NCBI GenBank assembly: GCA_002423965.1 | Contig: DIOR01000027.1 | Span: forward strand, 117,958-181,957 | Direction of reading: 5' to 3' | Length of the DNA stretch: 64,000 bases | Source of the DNA: Firmicutes bacterium UBA5509 | GTDB lineage: Bacteria; Bacillota; Proteinivoracia; UBA4975 | Part shown: piece after piece, positions 36,964-49,200 of the stretch | Position numbering within the stretch: position 1 is the stretch's first letter | Layout: each line of letters begins with the position of its first letter | Position numbers and translations under genes: made by a program | The notes under the pieces: generated by a model | What the model saw: only the letters and a program-made list of their open reading frames with translations | The model's database searches: none | Told to the model about the DNA's origin: nothing

Positions 36964-37206
36964 GTTCAACACCCCTTACCATCACAATATAATACTTATT
37001 TTGCCCCTGCATCCCATAAAAACTATACACATACAGCTAGGAATTCTCTGTTTAGATTATTTTTCCTGCAAAGAAAGGGCCGCCCCCCCCGGACGGCCCA
37101 TGATAATTACATGCTTAAGATCTTCCAAGACCCTTTCGGGCAGGTATCATGCTGCTTGGCGTAGCATGGGGTAAGTTCCAGCGGGGACAATAGCATTCAG
37201 TGCTTA

Positions 37207-39565
37207 TTATCTCACGACAACATTTACCTCAACATTGCCGGTAACGGAAAACCCTCCTGTATTGTAGAAATAATCGACAGGGTTAATAGTATAGCTGTAG
37301 TTTCCCTCAGGCAAGTAAACCGTCAATTTCCCCGCACTGTCAGTATATCCGGAGGCCCTAAAATCACTTTTGTATGCATATACCGACGCACCTTGTTGTG
37401 GTGTGCCATCTTCATCAATGACAAAGAAGGTGACTTCATATAGCTGATCTGGAGTATCCAGGACAATGTCCAGCTCAGCGTCAGAGGGGACAGAAAACTC
37501 ACCATGGCTATCAAAGAAACCGTCGGCTCTGACATTGTAATCATAGTCTCCCGCTGGAAGATTCAGTGTCAAATTCCCTAAACTGTCGGTATACCCGAAG
37601 TCCGAATAATCGTCTTTGTAAACGGTAACTAAGGCCTCCTCTATTGGGTTGCCATCCTCATCAGTGACAGAGCAAACGACTTCATATAGCTGACTGGGGA
37701 TTACCAGGACAATGTCCAGCTCGGTGTCAGAGGAAACAGAAAACTCACCATGGCTATAAAAGAAACCGTCGGCACTGACTTCGTAATCATAGTCTCCCGC
37801 TGGAAGATTCAGTGTCAAATTCCCTGAACTGTCGGTATACCCGGAGGCCGAATAATCTCCTCGGTCAACATAAATCCTAGCACCCGCGATGGGGTCAGTA
37901 TTTTCATCTCTTACAGTAAATGTTACTTCATATAGCCGTTCCAGGACAATGTTCAGCTCAGCGTCAGAGGAAACAGAAAACTCACCATGGCTATAAGAGA
38001 AACCGTCGGCACTGACATTGTAATAATAGTCTCCTTCAGGTAAATTCAGTGTCAAATCCCCTGAACTGTCGGTATACCCGGAGGCCTCATAATCTTCGCG
38101 ATCAGCATAAACCCAAGCATCCTTGATGGGGTCACTATTTTCATCTGTTACAGTAAAAGTTACTTCATACAGCGGACCCACAGATTCTAGGACAATGTTC
38201 AGCTCAGCGTCAGAGGAAACAGAAAACTCACCATGGCTATAAGAGAAACCGTCCGCTCTGACAGTGTATTGACAGTCTCCTTCAGGTAAATTCAGCGTCT
38301 TTTTCCCTGAACTGTCGGTAAACCCGAAGTCCCAATAATCTCCACTGCTAACATTAATCTCAGCATCCTCGATGGGGTCACTATTTTCATCTCTTACAGT
38401 AAATGTTACTTCATAATTCTGGCCTAGAACTATTATGCTCAGTGCGGAGTCACCGGAAACTGAAAACTGCCCATCCGTTCTTAAGAAACCGTCGGCTCTG
38501 ACATTGTAATAATAGTCTCCCGCTGGAAGATTCAGTGTCAAATCCCCTGAACTGTTGGTAAACCCGAGGACCCAATAATCTCCTCGGTCAACATAAATCC
38601 TAGCACCCTCGATGGGGACACTATTTTCATCTGTTACAAAAAATGTTACTTCAAATGTTACTTCATATAGCAGGTCTAGAACGATGCTCAGTGCGGAGTC
38701 ACCGGAATTAGAAAACTGCCCAGACGTTCCGAAGAAACCGTCGGCACTGACATAGTAATCATAGTCTCCCGCTGGAAGATTCAGTGTCAAATCCCCTGAA
38801 CTGTCGGTAAACCCGTAGTCCGAATAATCTCCTCGGTCAACATAAATCCTAGCACCCTCGATGGGGACACTATTTTCATCTGTTACAGTAAATGTTACTT
38901 CAAATGTTACTTCAACCTGTTGTAGCCAAGCTGTCAGCTCCTGCTCTATTTCTTCACTTACAGCCCCTGTGCCGCCAAATATAGTGGCTTTTTGCACATT
39001 GTTTTCATTGATATAAGACTCCACAACTTCAGGCACAATTTTAGATACCAGTAGCAGACCAGCATCATTCTTCGCTGCTAGCACGCCACCGGCTATTGCA
39101 TCAGCAAATTCGCTGCCTGTAGCAACATAATACCTGGCATTACTGGGTTGAAAAAATGTAGCAAGTTCTGTAGCTGTTGCATAGCGATTATTGCCAAAGA
39201 TTCTTTCCGGATTTATCAGTTGTGCCATCACTCCGTCACTGATCACACCGGTACCCCCTACAACATAGGAAGCTTCAGGAGCTAAATCAGTGAGAGCAGA
39301 CTGGGAAGGGTTTGGAATTCTACTGTCGGTGCATAAAATAATCGGATAACCCAATCTGGCAGCATAAGCAGAAGCTGCTAAAGCATCCGGAAAATCCAAA
39401 CCGTTGGCAACAATGACCTTGTTACTATAGGTTCCATCGGTTTGCATCCGACGGGCAACCTCACCTGCAGTATCGAAGCGGTTACTGCCAGCGATTCGGT
39501 CGGTGGTCAAATTCATCACATTGTTTAGCACATCTTCTACAGCCTTGGAAACTGCGCCTTCGCCA
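37207..39565 (-). pseudogene. 5'-truncated CWB2 protein with seven C-terminal beta-sandwich repeats
   Basis: Homology starts abruptly at GEGAVS (end of CWB2 repeat 1); no signal peptide or RBS upstream; repeats 2-3 and the downstream frame are intact. Confidence 0.7.
37210..38915 (-). repeat. Seven tandem repeats of about 240 bp (about 80 aa; carboxypeptidase-regulatory/prealbumin-like fold)
   Basis: YEVTFTVxDENSxPIxxA...GxTDSSGxLTLNLPxGDY...ADGF...FSVS repeated with long identical DNA tracts. Confidence 0.92.
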
Positions 39566-39818
39566 TTGTGAAAGGGTTCACCTGCTAAAATATATAAATA
39601 ACCAAAATAATGGAACAGCGGAAGAGAAAACTGGAGAAACCAGCCTCGGTGAGCCAATTGATCGAAAATGCTGCATAAATATGCTGGCCCCCGTTATTAA
39701 CGAGGTCCAGCCAAAATTTTAACTTATTGCACCTGTCTGCTAGGGAGCAAATCATAGTTCTGCTGTAAGATGTATATTTGCGACTGTTTGGTCGGGACTG
39801 GTTATCCGACCAGCAACG

Positions 39819-42800
39819 TCAGCGAATTGCCACCTGAGCTTTAGCAGCATACTGGCGTCCGATCAGTTCCTCTATTATTGAGGCAACATCATCATTAACA
39901 GCCCCTGTCCCTCCGAATACTGTAGCCCACATGCATCCGCTTTCGACAATGTAGTCCTGGACACTGGCAAAGGCCCGGTCAGGATGAACCAGCAGCAACC
40001 CGCTGTTGTTCTTAGCAGCAAGCACACATCCGGTAATTGCATCAGCAAAATCCAGTCCAGTAGCAAAGTAAACTCCGCTGCTTGCTGGAGCAAAATACTT
40101 CGCTAACTCCACAGCTGTTGAATATCTGTTTGATCCCGAAATCCTGACAGCTGAACTAAGCTGGCTCATCAGTTCATCGCTGATTACTCCACTGCCGCCC
40201 ACGAGAATGAAATCCTGTATGTTCAGTTCGGCAATAACTGCTTTCGTGTCTTCCGTTAATCTGTCGGTGCGCACCAGCAGAATTGGGTACCCTGCCATCG
40301 CAGCATAAGATGCTGAAGCTAAAGCATCGGGGAAGTCGAGGCCATAAGCAAGAATAGCCTTATGTGCCGAACCAGAAATATCTGTAAGCTTCTTGGCAAC
40401 CTCAGCAGCTGTAGCAAAGCGGTTTTTCCCGCTGACCCTTTCTACTTCAACATGCAGTTCACCCCGCAGGACTTGGGCTACAGATTCTGAAACCGCGCCC
40501 TCGCCCCCAAGGATTATGACCTTGCTTGCTCCCAGGCGAATAATCTCCTCCCTGGTTACTGCAGACAGCCGATATGTCGATGTCAACAATATAGGAGCAT
40601 TATAAGCAAAGGCTAAGGGAACTCCAGCCAGGGCATCGGCAGAATTGTCTCCCCTGGCAAGCACTACCGTTGTTGATGAATCCCATCCTTCTTTGCCAAT
40701 TGCAGCAGCTGTAGCATAGCGGTTGGACCCAGCGACTCTGTGCATAGCATCCAGGAAGGATACTGTTCTGGTAGAAATAGTGGAATCAGGTATGCCGGCC
40801 TTTACTGCCACAGCACAGATGATACGTTCAGTTGCCTTGGTGGTTCCGGGTGTCAGTGAAAAAGGTCCCGTAAACAGCAATCCAGTTGAGGAAGTAGGCA
40901 AACTCCCATCGGTGGTGTAATATATATTCACTCCCGGGGTGCTGCAACTAATAGTCACTGTAATAGCGCATGGGAGATAGGTATCCAGGTCCGGTTCAAC
41001 GGATATAACCGGCTGTGCAATAGAAGTCACAGGTTGCCCGCTTATGGCTATCTGGGTTTCCCCGTATACATTGGAACTGTCAGTTGCCGTCGCTCTGACA
41101 GTGACAACTCCGTTGTCAATAGCGGTAAGCAAGCCGGTCTCGGTAATTGTTGCATATTCTGAGCCACAGCTGAGAGACCAGATTACTGATTTATTTGTGG
41201 CATTTTCGGGTTCAACTCTTGCATGCATTTGCAAAGTGCCACTTTCAGTGGTAATTTCTGTTGCGCCAGCAGAGACAGTTATAGAGGTAACAGGGATAAA
41301 ATCAAATCGGTCCTCTATTACAAAATAATCCGAATCCTGATAGCTGTCTTCTCTTGTCAGTGACATATAAAGCAGAGTCTCTGATTTTTCATCATTTATC
41401 CCGAGGGTCTCGGCAGAGAGCGTAAAAGTAACGGCCTGCATATCCCACGCGTCCAGACTGTCAATTGTTTCTTGCGCAAGCAAGTCGCCTGTTTCGCTGT
41501 CTTTGCTGAGGGAGAGAACAAGATTGGCAACAGAGGTAAAACCGTAATTAGCTACATTAGCTGTTACTTGATAAGTCTCTCCGAATTTGAATACATTTAC
41601 CTCGTCTATTAACACTGTATTTCTCTCAATATTTATTTCCCTGAAATTATCCATCGTATCCACATCTTCTTGCTCAGGGATAGTGACCATAACTCTAACG
41701 GTATGATTAGCCAAAGTCTCTACACTATCGGGAAGATTGTACATGACATATGCAGCCATTGTTTCCCCGGGTAACAGATTCTGATATATGTTAAAGCTGT
41801 GCAACACCTCGTCTTCACTATTGAGAACTTCTATATATACAGACTCAATTGGTTCGGTGCCGAGGTTGCTGATTGGGAAATCTAACTGAATACTGCTGCC
41901 AGGTATGACATCTCCGCTGGTGTATGTTACCTCGCCCAGAGAAATATTAAAACAGTTTCCCTGATGCAGGAGACATAGGTCTGTCATACCAATCACTATA
42001 CTTGTGTCGGTGATAGAATGCGGAGTGCGCGCAAAGGCCACGTATAGCTGCCCCTCTTCATCAAGAAAGCCACTGAAACCTGTTATTTTTTCACCCTCAT
42101 AAGTTACTTGAATCGGCTTTTCCCAATTCTGATGCACCTGATTGAAGGCAATGCTCCATAACTCAGCAGTCATTTCATCATCCTGGCTCCAAACAAGTCT
42201 AACCTGTCCAATTTCGTTGGTAAGGACAATGAAGTTGTCCTGATCCAAATAAACATCTGTGCCGACAGTCTCAATAACATACAGACTATCATCTAAGTCT
42301 TTGATGTAACTTATAGTGCCGCCACTGTACCAATAGAGTTGAGAGCAAGAAATAACAGGGTTGGAGTCCAATACCGCATTATCTGTTATACGTTGCAGGA
42401 TTTCGTCTTTATACAGATAAATCTCACGGTCAGTGTAGTCTGAAAGATCGTTATCCATATCCACAGATAAGGCAACAACATGCTGTCCGCCCACATAACC
42501 AGCAGATAAGGATGCCACAGAATTGATGTTTTCTGCTATCGCATCGGGAGTGCTCCAGACTGTTCCGTCGAAAAACACCCTGTAGATAGTGTTGTTCCCT
42601 TCGGTGCCCATGGACGAACATTCATCATTATTAATCCAGGTGACACTGACCTCAGCGCCCTCAATTGCTACTGCAGGGTCAGAATCCAGTCCTTCCTGGG
42701 AGATGTGTACCACATCGACAAACTCGGTGCCGTCAAAACGTGCACAGGCAATATCCAGTGAAGCCAAGAAATCTTCCAAAGATGTTTCTTCGGTCATAAC

Positions 42801-45800
42801 TTGATTTGAATTTTGCCATACAAGATACACTGAGTCTTCGGCAACAGCCAGCTGTGGCATCAAGTCTGCCGTTCCGTCATCGCTGACATGTGCGGGCTGG
42901 GACCAGAGAAAACCATCGTAGACAGAATAGTATAGGGCAGTCCTGTTTAAGGAATCCCTTACACCATCATCATGCACCCAAACCAACAGCTGCCGCCCAT
43001 CACCAAGGGAAACAAGCTGCGACTGGGTTCTGGGATATGTGTTTCCCAGGAAGACCGATGTACTTGTTGCTGCACCAGCGTCCATGGTATGGTCATTAGC
43101 AACAAACCTTGAGGTTTGCTGCAGGTAATCCCGGGACGCCAATTGAGCTTGCGAAAAATCGAAGATCATTTGCGGGTCACTAGAGTAGTCTGACCTCGGA
43201 AAAAATTGATAGTCAGGGAATTTCCATCTTAAATCAAGAACTTTCCAAAAACCTAATTCCACGATCAAGTATGTTGCAAGTTCGCCAGTTATTCTAAGCG
43301 GGTCATCGCCAGAATCTGTCGTAATTCTTGCATTGATCTTTCCCTTAACCCCTGCCTCCACGGATGCCATTTTTTTGACACCGAGCCCCGCTCCAATACC
43401 GGGTTTAATGTATAAGTTGGCATGGACCACAAAAGTGTCGTGGTCGTCCTCAAGGGAAAGTTTTCCGGCAACATTTGCACCCGCTGTCAAGGAGTAGTGT
43501 ATATAGATAGGCGGAGTTGCATTTAAGTAATTTGTTCCTGAGACGCCAGCTTCTATCTGAAACACTACCTCCCCTTTAGTCAGTTTCAATTTTCCATCTA
43601 TATACTTTGCTTCTATATAGCCTAGCACTTTGTAGTCTGACTTAATACCCATCTTTCCACTTTGCTTCTTCGCGATTTTCCATAACTCTTTCCTGGCACT
43701 GGCCCTGATTGTCGAATTTTTAAACAGGTTTTTAATAGCTCTGGCTGTCGAGACGACTGTATTTTCACTTATCGATTCATCACTGAGTCCAATAACTCCG
43801 ACGAATTTCTGTTCCTGCTCGTCCCATGTTAAACGATGTTTACCCCCAATCGACGTTAGTTCAATACCAGTTGGAAAAACAAACAACGGAATCTCATATC
43901 CCAAAATTTTTACATAAGGTCCTGATGCAGTACCTTCAATACGCGGTGGTGCACCGATTGTAACTGCAGGTTCGTCGTTCCGCTCCTTGATACGAATTTT
44001 TAACATATTGGTCACTGAGCTTCCATCGGAGCCAACAGCAGTGATTAAAATTGGTTCATTGGCCTTAAACTCTTTCCCCAACTGGCCAATATACAGACTG
44101 CTTTTCGATAATTCCACTTCGGTAGTGCCCTGCTTAAGGTACACTCTCTTCACAAATAGATTATCTAAGCAATCTACTAACGCCTTAATATAATGTGTAC
44201 TGCTACTGCCTTCCTCCACAGAGAATTGTTGCAGAAGTACATTCTTGCCTTTGCTTCCCTCAAAATCAGTACTTACATACACAGACTTAATGCTAATTGA
44301 TTGGGGTTCAGGGAAAAGGCGGACAGTCAAAGTTTGCGGTGCAGAAAAATATTCCTCAGCAGTTAGCGATGTGGTTGAATATCCATCTTTGCTGATAAAA
44401 ATATCGTTAAAATTGTCGCCAGGTTTAACAGTGGCAACCCCTTGACTATTGGTAGTATAAGACCTGGAACCAATCTGAATCCTGGCTCCAGAAACAGGGA
44501 CATCCCTTTCCCCGATCCTTTCGTAAACGATAATTGTTTTTACTGCCAGCTTGTCCTTTTTTTCCACAATAACATGAGGGTTGCTCCGCAATTGAGGATA
44601 AGGATAACCGCTGGCGGGATCTATTATCCAGATATTTTCAAAGTCAAATCCCTCAAATGTGGATTGCTGTTGCATCTCCAATATTGTCCTGCGATAAGTT
44701 CCCGAATCATCGCCATCACCGACCCCCCGAGAAAAAGTGTTGGCGAAATACGCCCACTCGATACTGCCGGAGCTAGATAACTCACCTACAACACCACCAA
44801 TATTGCCCTTACCATGAACCATGCCTATATTATAGCTGGTTTTGACAGTTTTCCCGCCGCTCATAATTCCACCAGCATAAGCAAAGCGGGAAAAACCACT
44901 CGCATAAATAGCACCTGTATTATAACAGTCTGTTACTTGGCTATCACTTTGTCTTATTCCCCCTGCAATCCCGCCGGCGTTAATATCGTAACCTGTTCCA
45001 GATAAAAGAATAGACTTAACATCTGCTGTGTTGTAGCAGTTGTCAATTGTTCTAAAATTGCGCCCTACAATCCCGCCACACCAGCATGAACCCTCTCCGC
45101 TGCTGGCCTGAATATAGCCATGGTTAGAACAATTTGTGATACGGCGAGAGTTAATTCCTGATATTCCGCCTACGAACGCTCCCCTTAAATAACCAGCTGT
45201 AATGTAAATATTTGTTCCGACAAGGCGAATATTCCTGATTACCCCCCTGTTAGACCCGAAAAGTCCATAAGTGTCCGCTGGAGATTTTGCTTCTTTATGT
45301 ATTGTCAGATTATAGATAGTATGCATATCGCCATCGAATACACCTTCGAATTCAACTATGCCTATCCCAATAGGACTCCAGTTATAGGATGAGAGGTCAA
45401 TATCCCTTGTCAGCCGGTAGTGACACTCATAGTAATAGCCAGTATTATAGTCTTCATTGTTAATGAGCGTGGCAAGCTGTTCTAAGTCCCTGGCAGACTG
45501 TATTAAGTAAGGGGAGGCTTCAGTGCCATTTCCGCTAAAAGCCACAGCTTTGACTCCCATAGTTACTTGGAGATTGGCATCAATTTGTAGCCGGATAATA
45601 ATTTCCTCACCAAGTGAAATTGACACCATGAAGGCTGGGATTGTAAAGGTACCACCCATTTCTATAACATCGTCATCGGTATTGTAAACAATAATAGCTA
45701 CTGCGCCTGCCGCTGCGGCGTTATCCCCCTTCTCCTCAAAGGAATTTTCCCCCCTTCGGATAAGAGCAATCTTTCCGTTCACATCTACACTTGAAAAATC

Positions 45801-46044
45801 CTCTGGCTTGCCGAAATTCACATGAACAATTCCATATGGATTCCCATCAGGCAAGGGAGCTTTGCTTGCACGCGTGACGTCGAGATATTCATTTTCTTCT
45901 ATTTCTATATAAGGACAACTCGCCCTGTTATTATTAGCCTGATCAGCAGGGCAGTACACTAGTTCCGAGTGACTGCACCGGAGTTGGAATTGCCGAAACC
46001 AACATAATTAGTATAACAAACGCAGTCAAAGCTTTTATTTTCAT
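39819..46044 (-). CDS. Giant CWB2 surface protein (PA, GLUG, beta-rich core, CARDB-like, Big_2, Fn3-assoc, 3xCWB2), frameshifted after its signal peptide
   Basis: 2046-aa ORF 45959-39819 lacks a signal peptide; ATG 46044 with GGGGGG RBS encodes MKIKALTAFVILIMLVSAIPTPVQSLGTSVLPC* one base out of frame. Confidence 0.8.
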
Positions 46045-46087
46045 TTTTTTTACCCCCCATAATATAATAAATATCTATAAAATAACG

Positions 46088-46224
46088 CTCCAACAGCATC
46101 AGACCGACACCATTCTTCGCCGCCAGCACTCCGTCATCAATTGCATCAGCGGATTGGCTGCCAGATGCAAAGTAGTATCTGGAACTGCTGGACTTATATA
46201 TGCAGCAAATTCTGTGGCAGTTGC
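46088..46224 (-). pseudogene. Degenerate CWB2 repeat fragment
   Basis: Reads ATATEFAAY/(frameshift)SSSRYYFASGSQSADAIDDGVLAAKNGVGLMLL, matching ATATELATF..SNARYYVATGSEFADAIAGGVLAAKNDAGLLL of the truncated gene. Confidence 0.75.
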
Positions 46225-46230
46225 TGAAGA

Positions 46231-46267
46231 CATGAAGGGGCAGTTCATGTTGAACTGCCCCTTCATG
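46231..46267 (-). terminator. Hairpin after the S8-CWB2 gene
   Basis: 17-bp perfect stem CATGAAGGGGCAGTTCA/TGAACTGCCCCTTCATG. Confidence 0.7.
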
Positions 46268-46268
46268 A

Positions 46269-49200
46269 TTACTTCGGAAGCATGAAGGACTCTAATGCTT
46301 GTACAACTGCGTCAGATACAACAGCCTCGCCGCCGGCAACATACATATAGGAGATCTCTGCCTGGTAATCAGCCAGTAACTCAGAAATAGCTGCAGGAAC
46401 GACGTTTTGCCTTACCAACAGCAAACTGGAGTCAAACTTGGCTGCCAGAGCGGCCAAAGTCAAAGCGTCGCTGAAAGAATCGCCAGAGGCAAAGCAGACG
46501 ATGTAGGGATTAAGGCCCTCTGCAATCAGCTTACAGGTTTCGTATCTGTTGCTGCCAGCAATGCGGGTGGCATTTGGCAGAGCATCAAATACATCCTCAG
46601 AGATGATGCCGGTTCCGCCTACAACAATGGTGTTGGTAATATTGTTTTCGGTAAGGAACTCTTGTGTTGCTGCGGGAATAACATTGGTATTAACCATGAG
46701 GACGGGGTTGCCAGAGGAAGCCGCCCTTGGAGCCGCAGCCAAGGCGTCGGGGAAGTTGAGGCCGTAGACAATGACAGCAGTGTCAACCACAGCATCACCA
46801 ATAACTTCCTTAGCGATTAGAGCAGCAGTGTCATAGCGGTTGCTGCCGCCGATGCGCTTAACAATCTTGCCCTCTTCCACCAGCTGATCCTCAATTTCTT
46901 GAGACACAGCGCCAGTGCCGCCAAGAATTATGACATTCGTTGCCCCCAACCTTTCAATTTCAGCTGCAGTAACCGAGCTGAGTACTCCAGAATTGGTGAG
47001 CAGAATAGGAGCATCACATTTCTTGGAGAGACCAACCCCTGCCAGTGAGTCGGCAAATTCATCTGCCCGGGCCAGAATTACTGTATCTGCAGTTTCCCAG
47101 CCAGCATCAGAAACAGCGGTCGCGGTGGCAAACCGATTGCTTCCGCTGAGCCGATAGACGGGGGCGATGATGGAAAGCTCTCTGTGTTTAAGGTCAAACC
47201 ATTCCGTGGTCTCAGCATAGAGTTCGATGACATAGTGTCCGGGGGGCAAGCCCAGTTCTAAGCCGTGGTAGGTCCAGGTACCTGCCAACATACCATTGGC
47301 GAATGGAACGTAGCCCCAGTAGTTCCCTTCCATGTCATAGACGCCGATATCGGCGTAAGCGATATCCTGAGCCAATGTGAACTCAATATCCAAGGGCTGA
47401 TCGACGTATACCACACGCGGGATTTCAAAGTCATCAATGAAGAAGTCTTCATGGGTCCCCTCATAATGGTATACCGGAATATGGAGGATGTCCATAAATG
47501 TGAGCCCTGCCTCGCCGTGGACTATTACATCGGTGGTGGGAATGAGGACTACATACCCCTCATGGTGACCCTCATCAAGGTCAGCCAAATCAAAGGCAAT
47601 GACAAATTCTTCAGTGGATTTTGCTGGGACGGTGATTTCTTCAGGGTATTCCGCTGCCAGAGTATCGGATACGAATTCAATTTCGTAAGTAATCTCCTCG
47701 TCACTGAGGTTGCGGACGGTGACAGTATTCTCTGTTCCATCCACCCGTAAGCTGATGCTTGCGGGTAAAGCAAGACCTCTGGACCATCCTGCGGCGTACA
47801 TATCCAGCACCCCTGCACCCTGAACAGTGACAGGATATTTGTTATCCTCTCTGTCGTAGAGCAGGAATGAGGTGTTCATCAATAAAGCTTTATACTCCTC
47901 TACACTCAGCTGGTCGCCATACTTCTGCTTGAGGAGAGCAGCACCACCGGCGACGTGGGGAGAGGCCATACTGGTTCCGCCCAGGACGGCAAACAAACCG
48001 TCAGCTTCAGGAACTGTAGAAAGTACAGCATCGCCAGGAGCGGTAATGTCGGGCTTCAGGGAGTAATCATTGGCCGGGCCGGCAGAACTGAAGTCCGAAA
48101 TAAGGTCCTGAGCAGGAAGCAATCCCATAATAACCTGCAGGTCGGGATCCAGACCTAACTGAGCAAGCAAGTCAATACCGTCTTCAAGGGAAATCGAGAA
48201 AGCAGGGATTGGGAATGTGCCTGCCATGCCAAAATTTCCAGGCTCGCTGTTGAAGATAATGGCGGCAATGGCGCCGTTATTCATAGCATTAGTGGCTTTC
48301 TCAGTAAAATCTATCTCGCCACGCTGCATCAGGGCGATCTTTCCTGTTAAGTCCAAGTCCTCAAAATCATCGACCCTGCCCAATCCGGCATAGACAATTC
48401 CATGGGGTTCGCCGTCAGGTACCGGGCAATCTGAGGTACGAACATCTTCAATTTCAGTTTCACCAACAATGATATACGGTCCCTCTATGTAGCCGTAGCT
48501 GGCCACAGATATAACCTTGGAACCGGTGCTGGGAGCACTGGAGGTGGGGAAATCCTGGCCCTCATTGCCCGCGGAAGCCACGACGATGACGCCGGCCTCT
48601 GCGGCTGCATTAGCAGCAAGTGCAGTGGGATAGCCTGGAGAGGTGACATAGCTGGCACCGAGGCTCAGGTTAATAACATCTGCCCGCTCCAAACCATCGC
48701 CAGGGTTCACCGACCATTCAATGCCACTGATTACCCAACTGCTGTAGCCATGGCCCTCACTGTCAAGGACTCTGACCGCATAGAGATTGGCATCAGGAGC
48801 CATGCCGATAAAGTCATCCCATCCATCGAAACCTCTGCCATCGGCAGCAATGGTACCAGCCACATGAGTGCCGTGATAATGGCCGTCTTTGAAATCTTCG
48901 GGGCCGCCTTCGTCGGTAAAGTTATATCCGCCGATGACCTTGGGAATTTCTTCTTCATCTTCAGGCCAAAACCACATGAAGGGATGGGTGTAGTCAATAC
49001 CAGTGTCAATAACAGCAACAGTAATGCCCTCGCCGGTAAAGCCTCCCGGCATTTCCCACATTGACGGAGCACCGGTCTGAGGCACGGTGAGATTGATATC
49101 CGGCAATTCAACGGGCAAGTCCGGGAAGACTCTCTTAACTCCCGGCAATTTCTCCAGCTTCGACAATTGACTGAAGGGAACACCAGCGCTGAAGCCGAAG

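Noticed and set aside
37210-38915. Diversity-generating retroelement target (NNG/GNC/NNC codon pattern resembles A-to-N mutagenesis)
   Set aside because: No reverse transcriptase or template repeat in the window, many adenines are invariant and some changes do not fit adenine-only mutagenesis; selection plus conversion is enough.
37210-38915. CRISPR array
   Set aside because: Units are about 240-bp in-frame coding repeats with no unique spacers and no cas genes.
39566-39657. MAHRGWFLQF... as the true N-terminus of the 816-aa ORF
   Set aside because: TTG without RBS, no signal-peptide character, and it joins mid-CWB2 repeat; looks like chance read-through of intergenic DNA.
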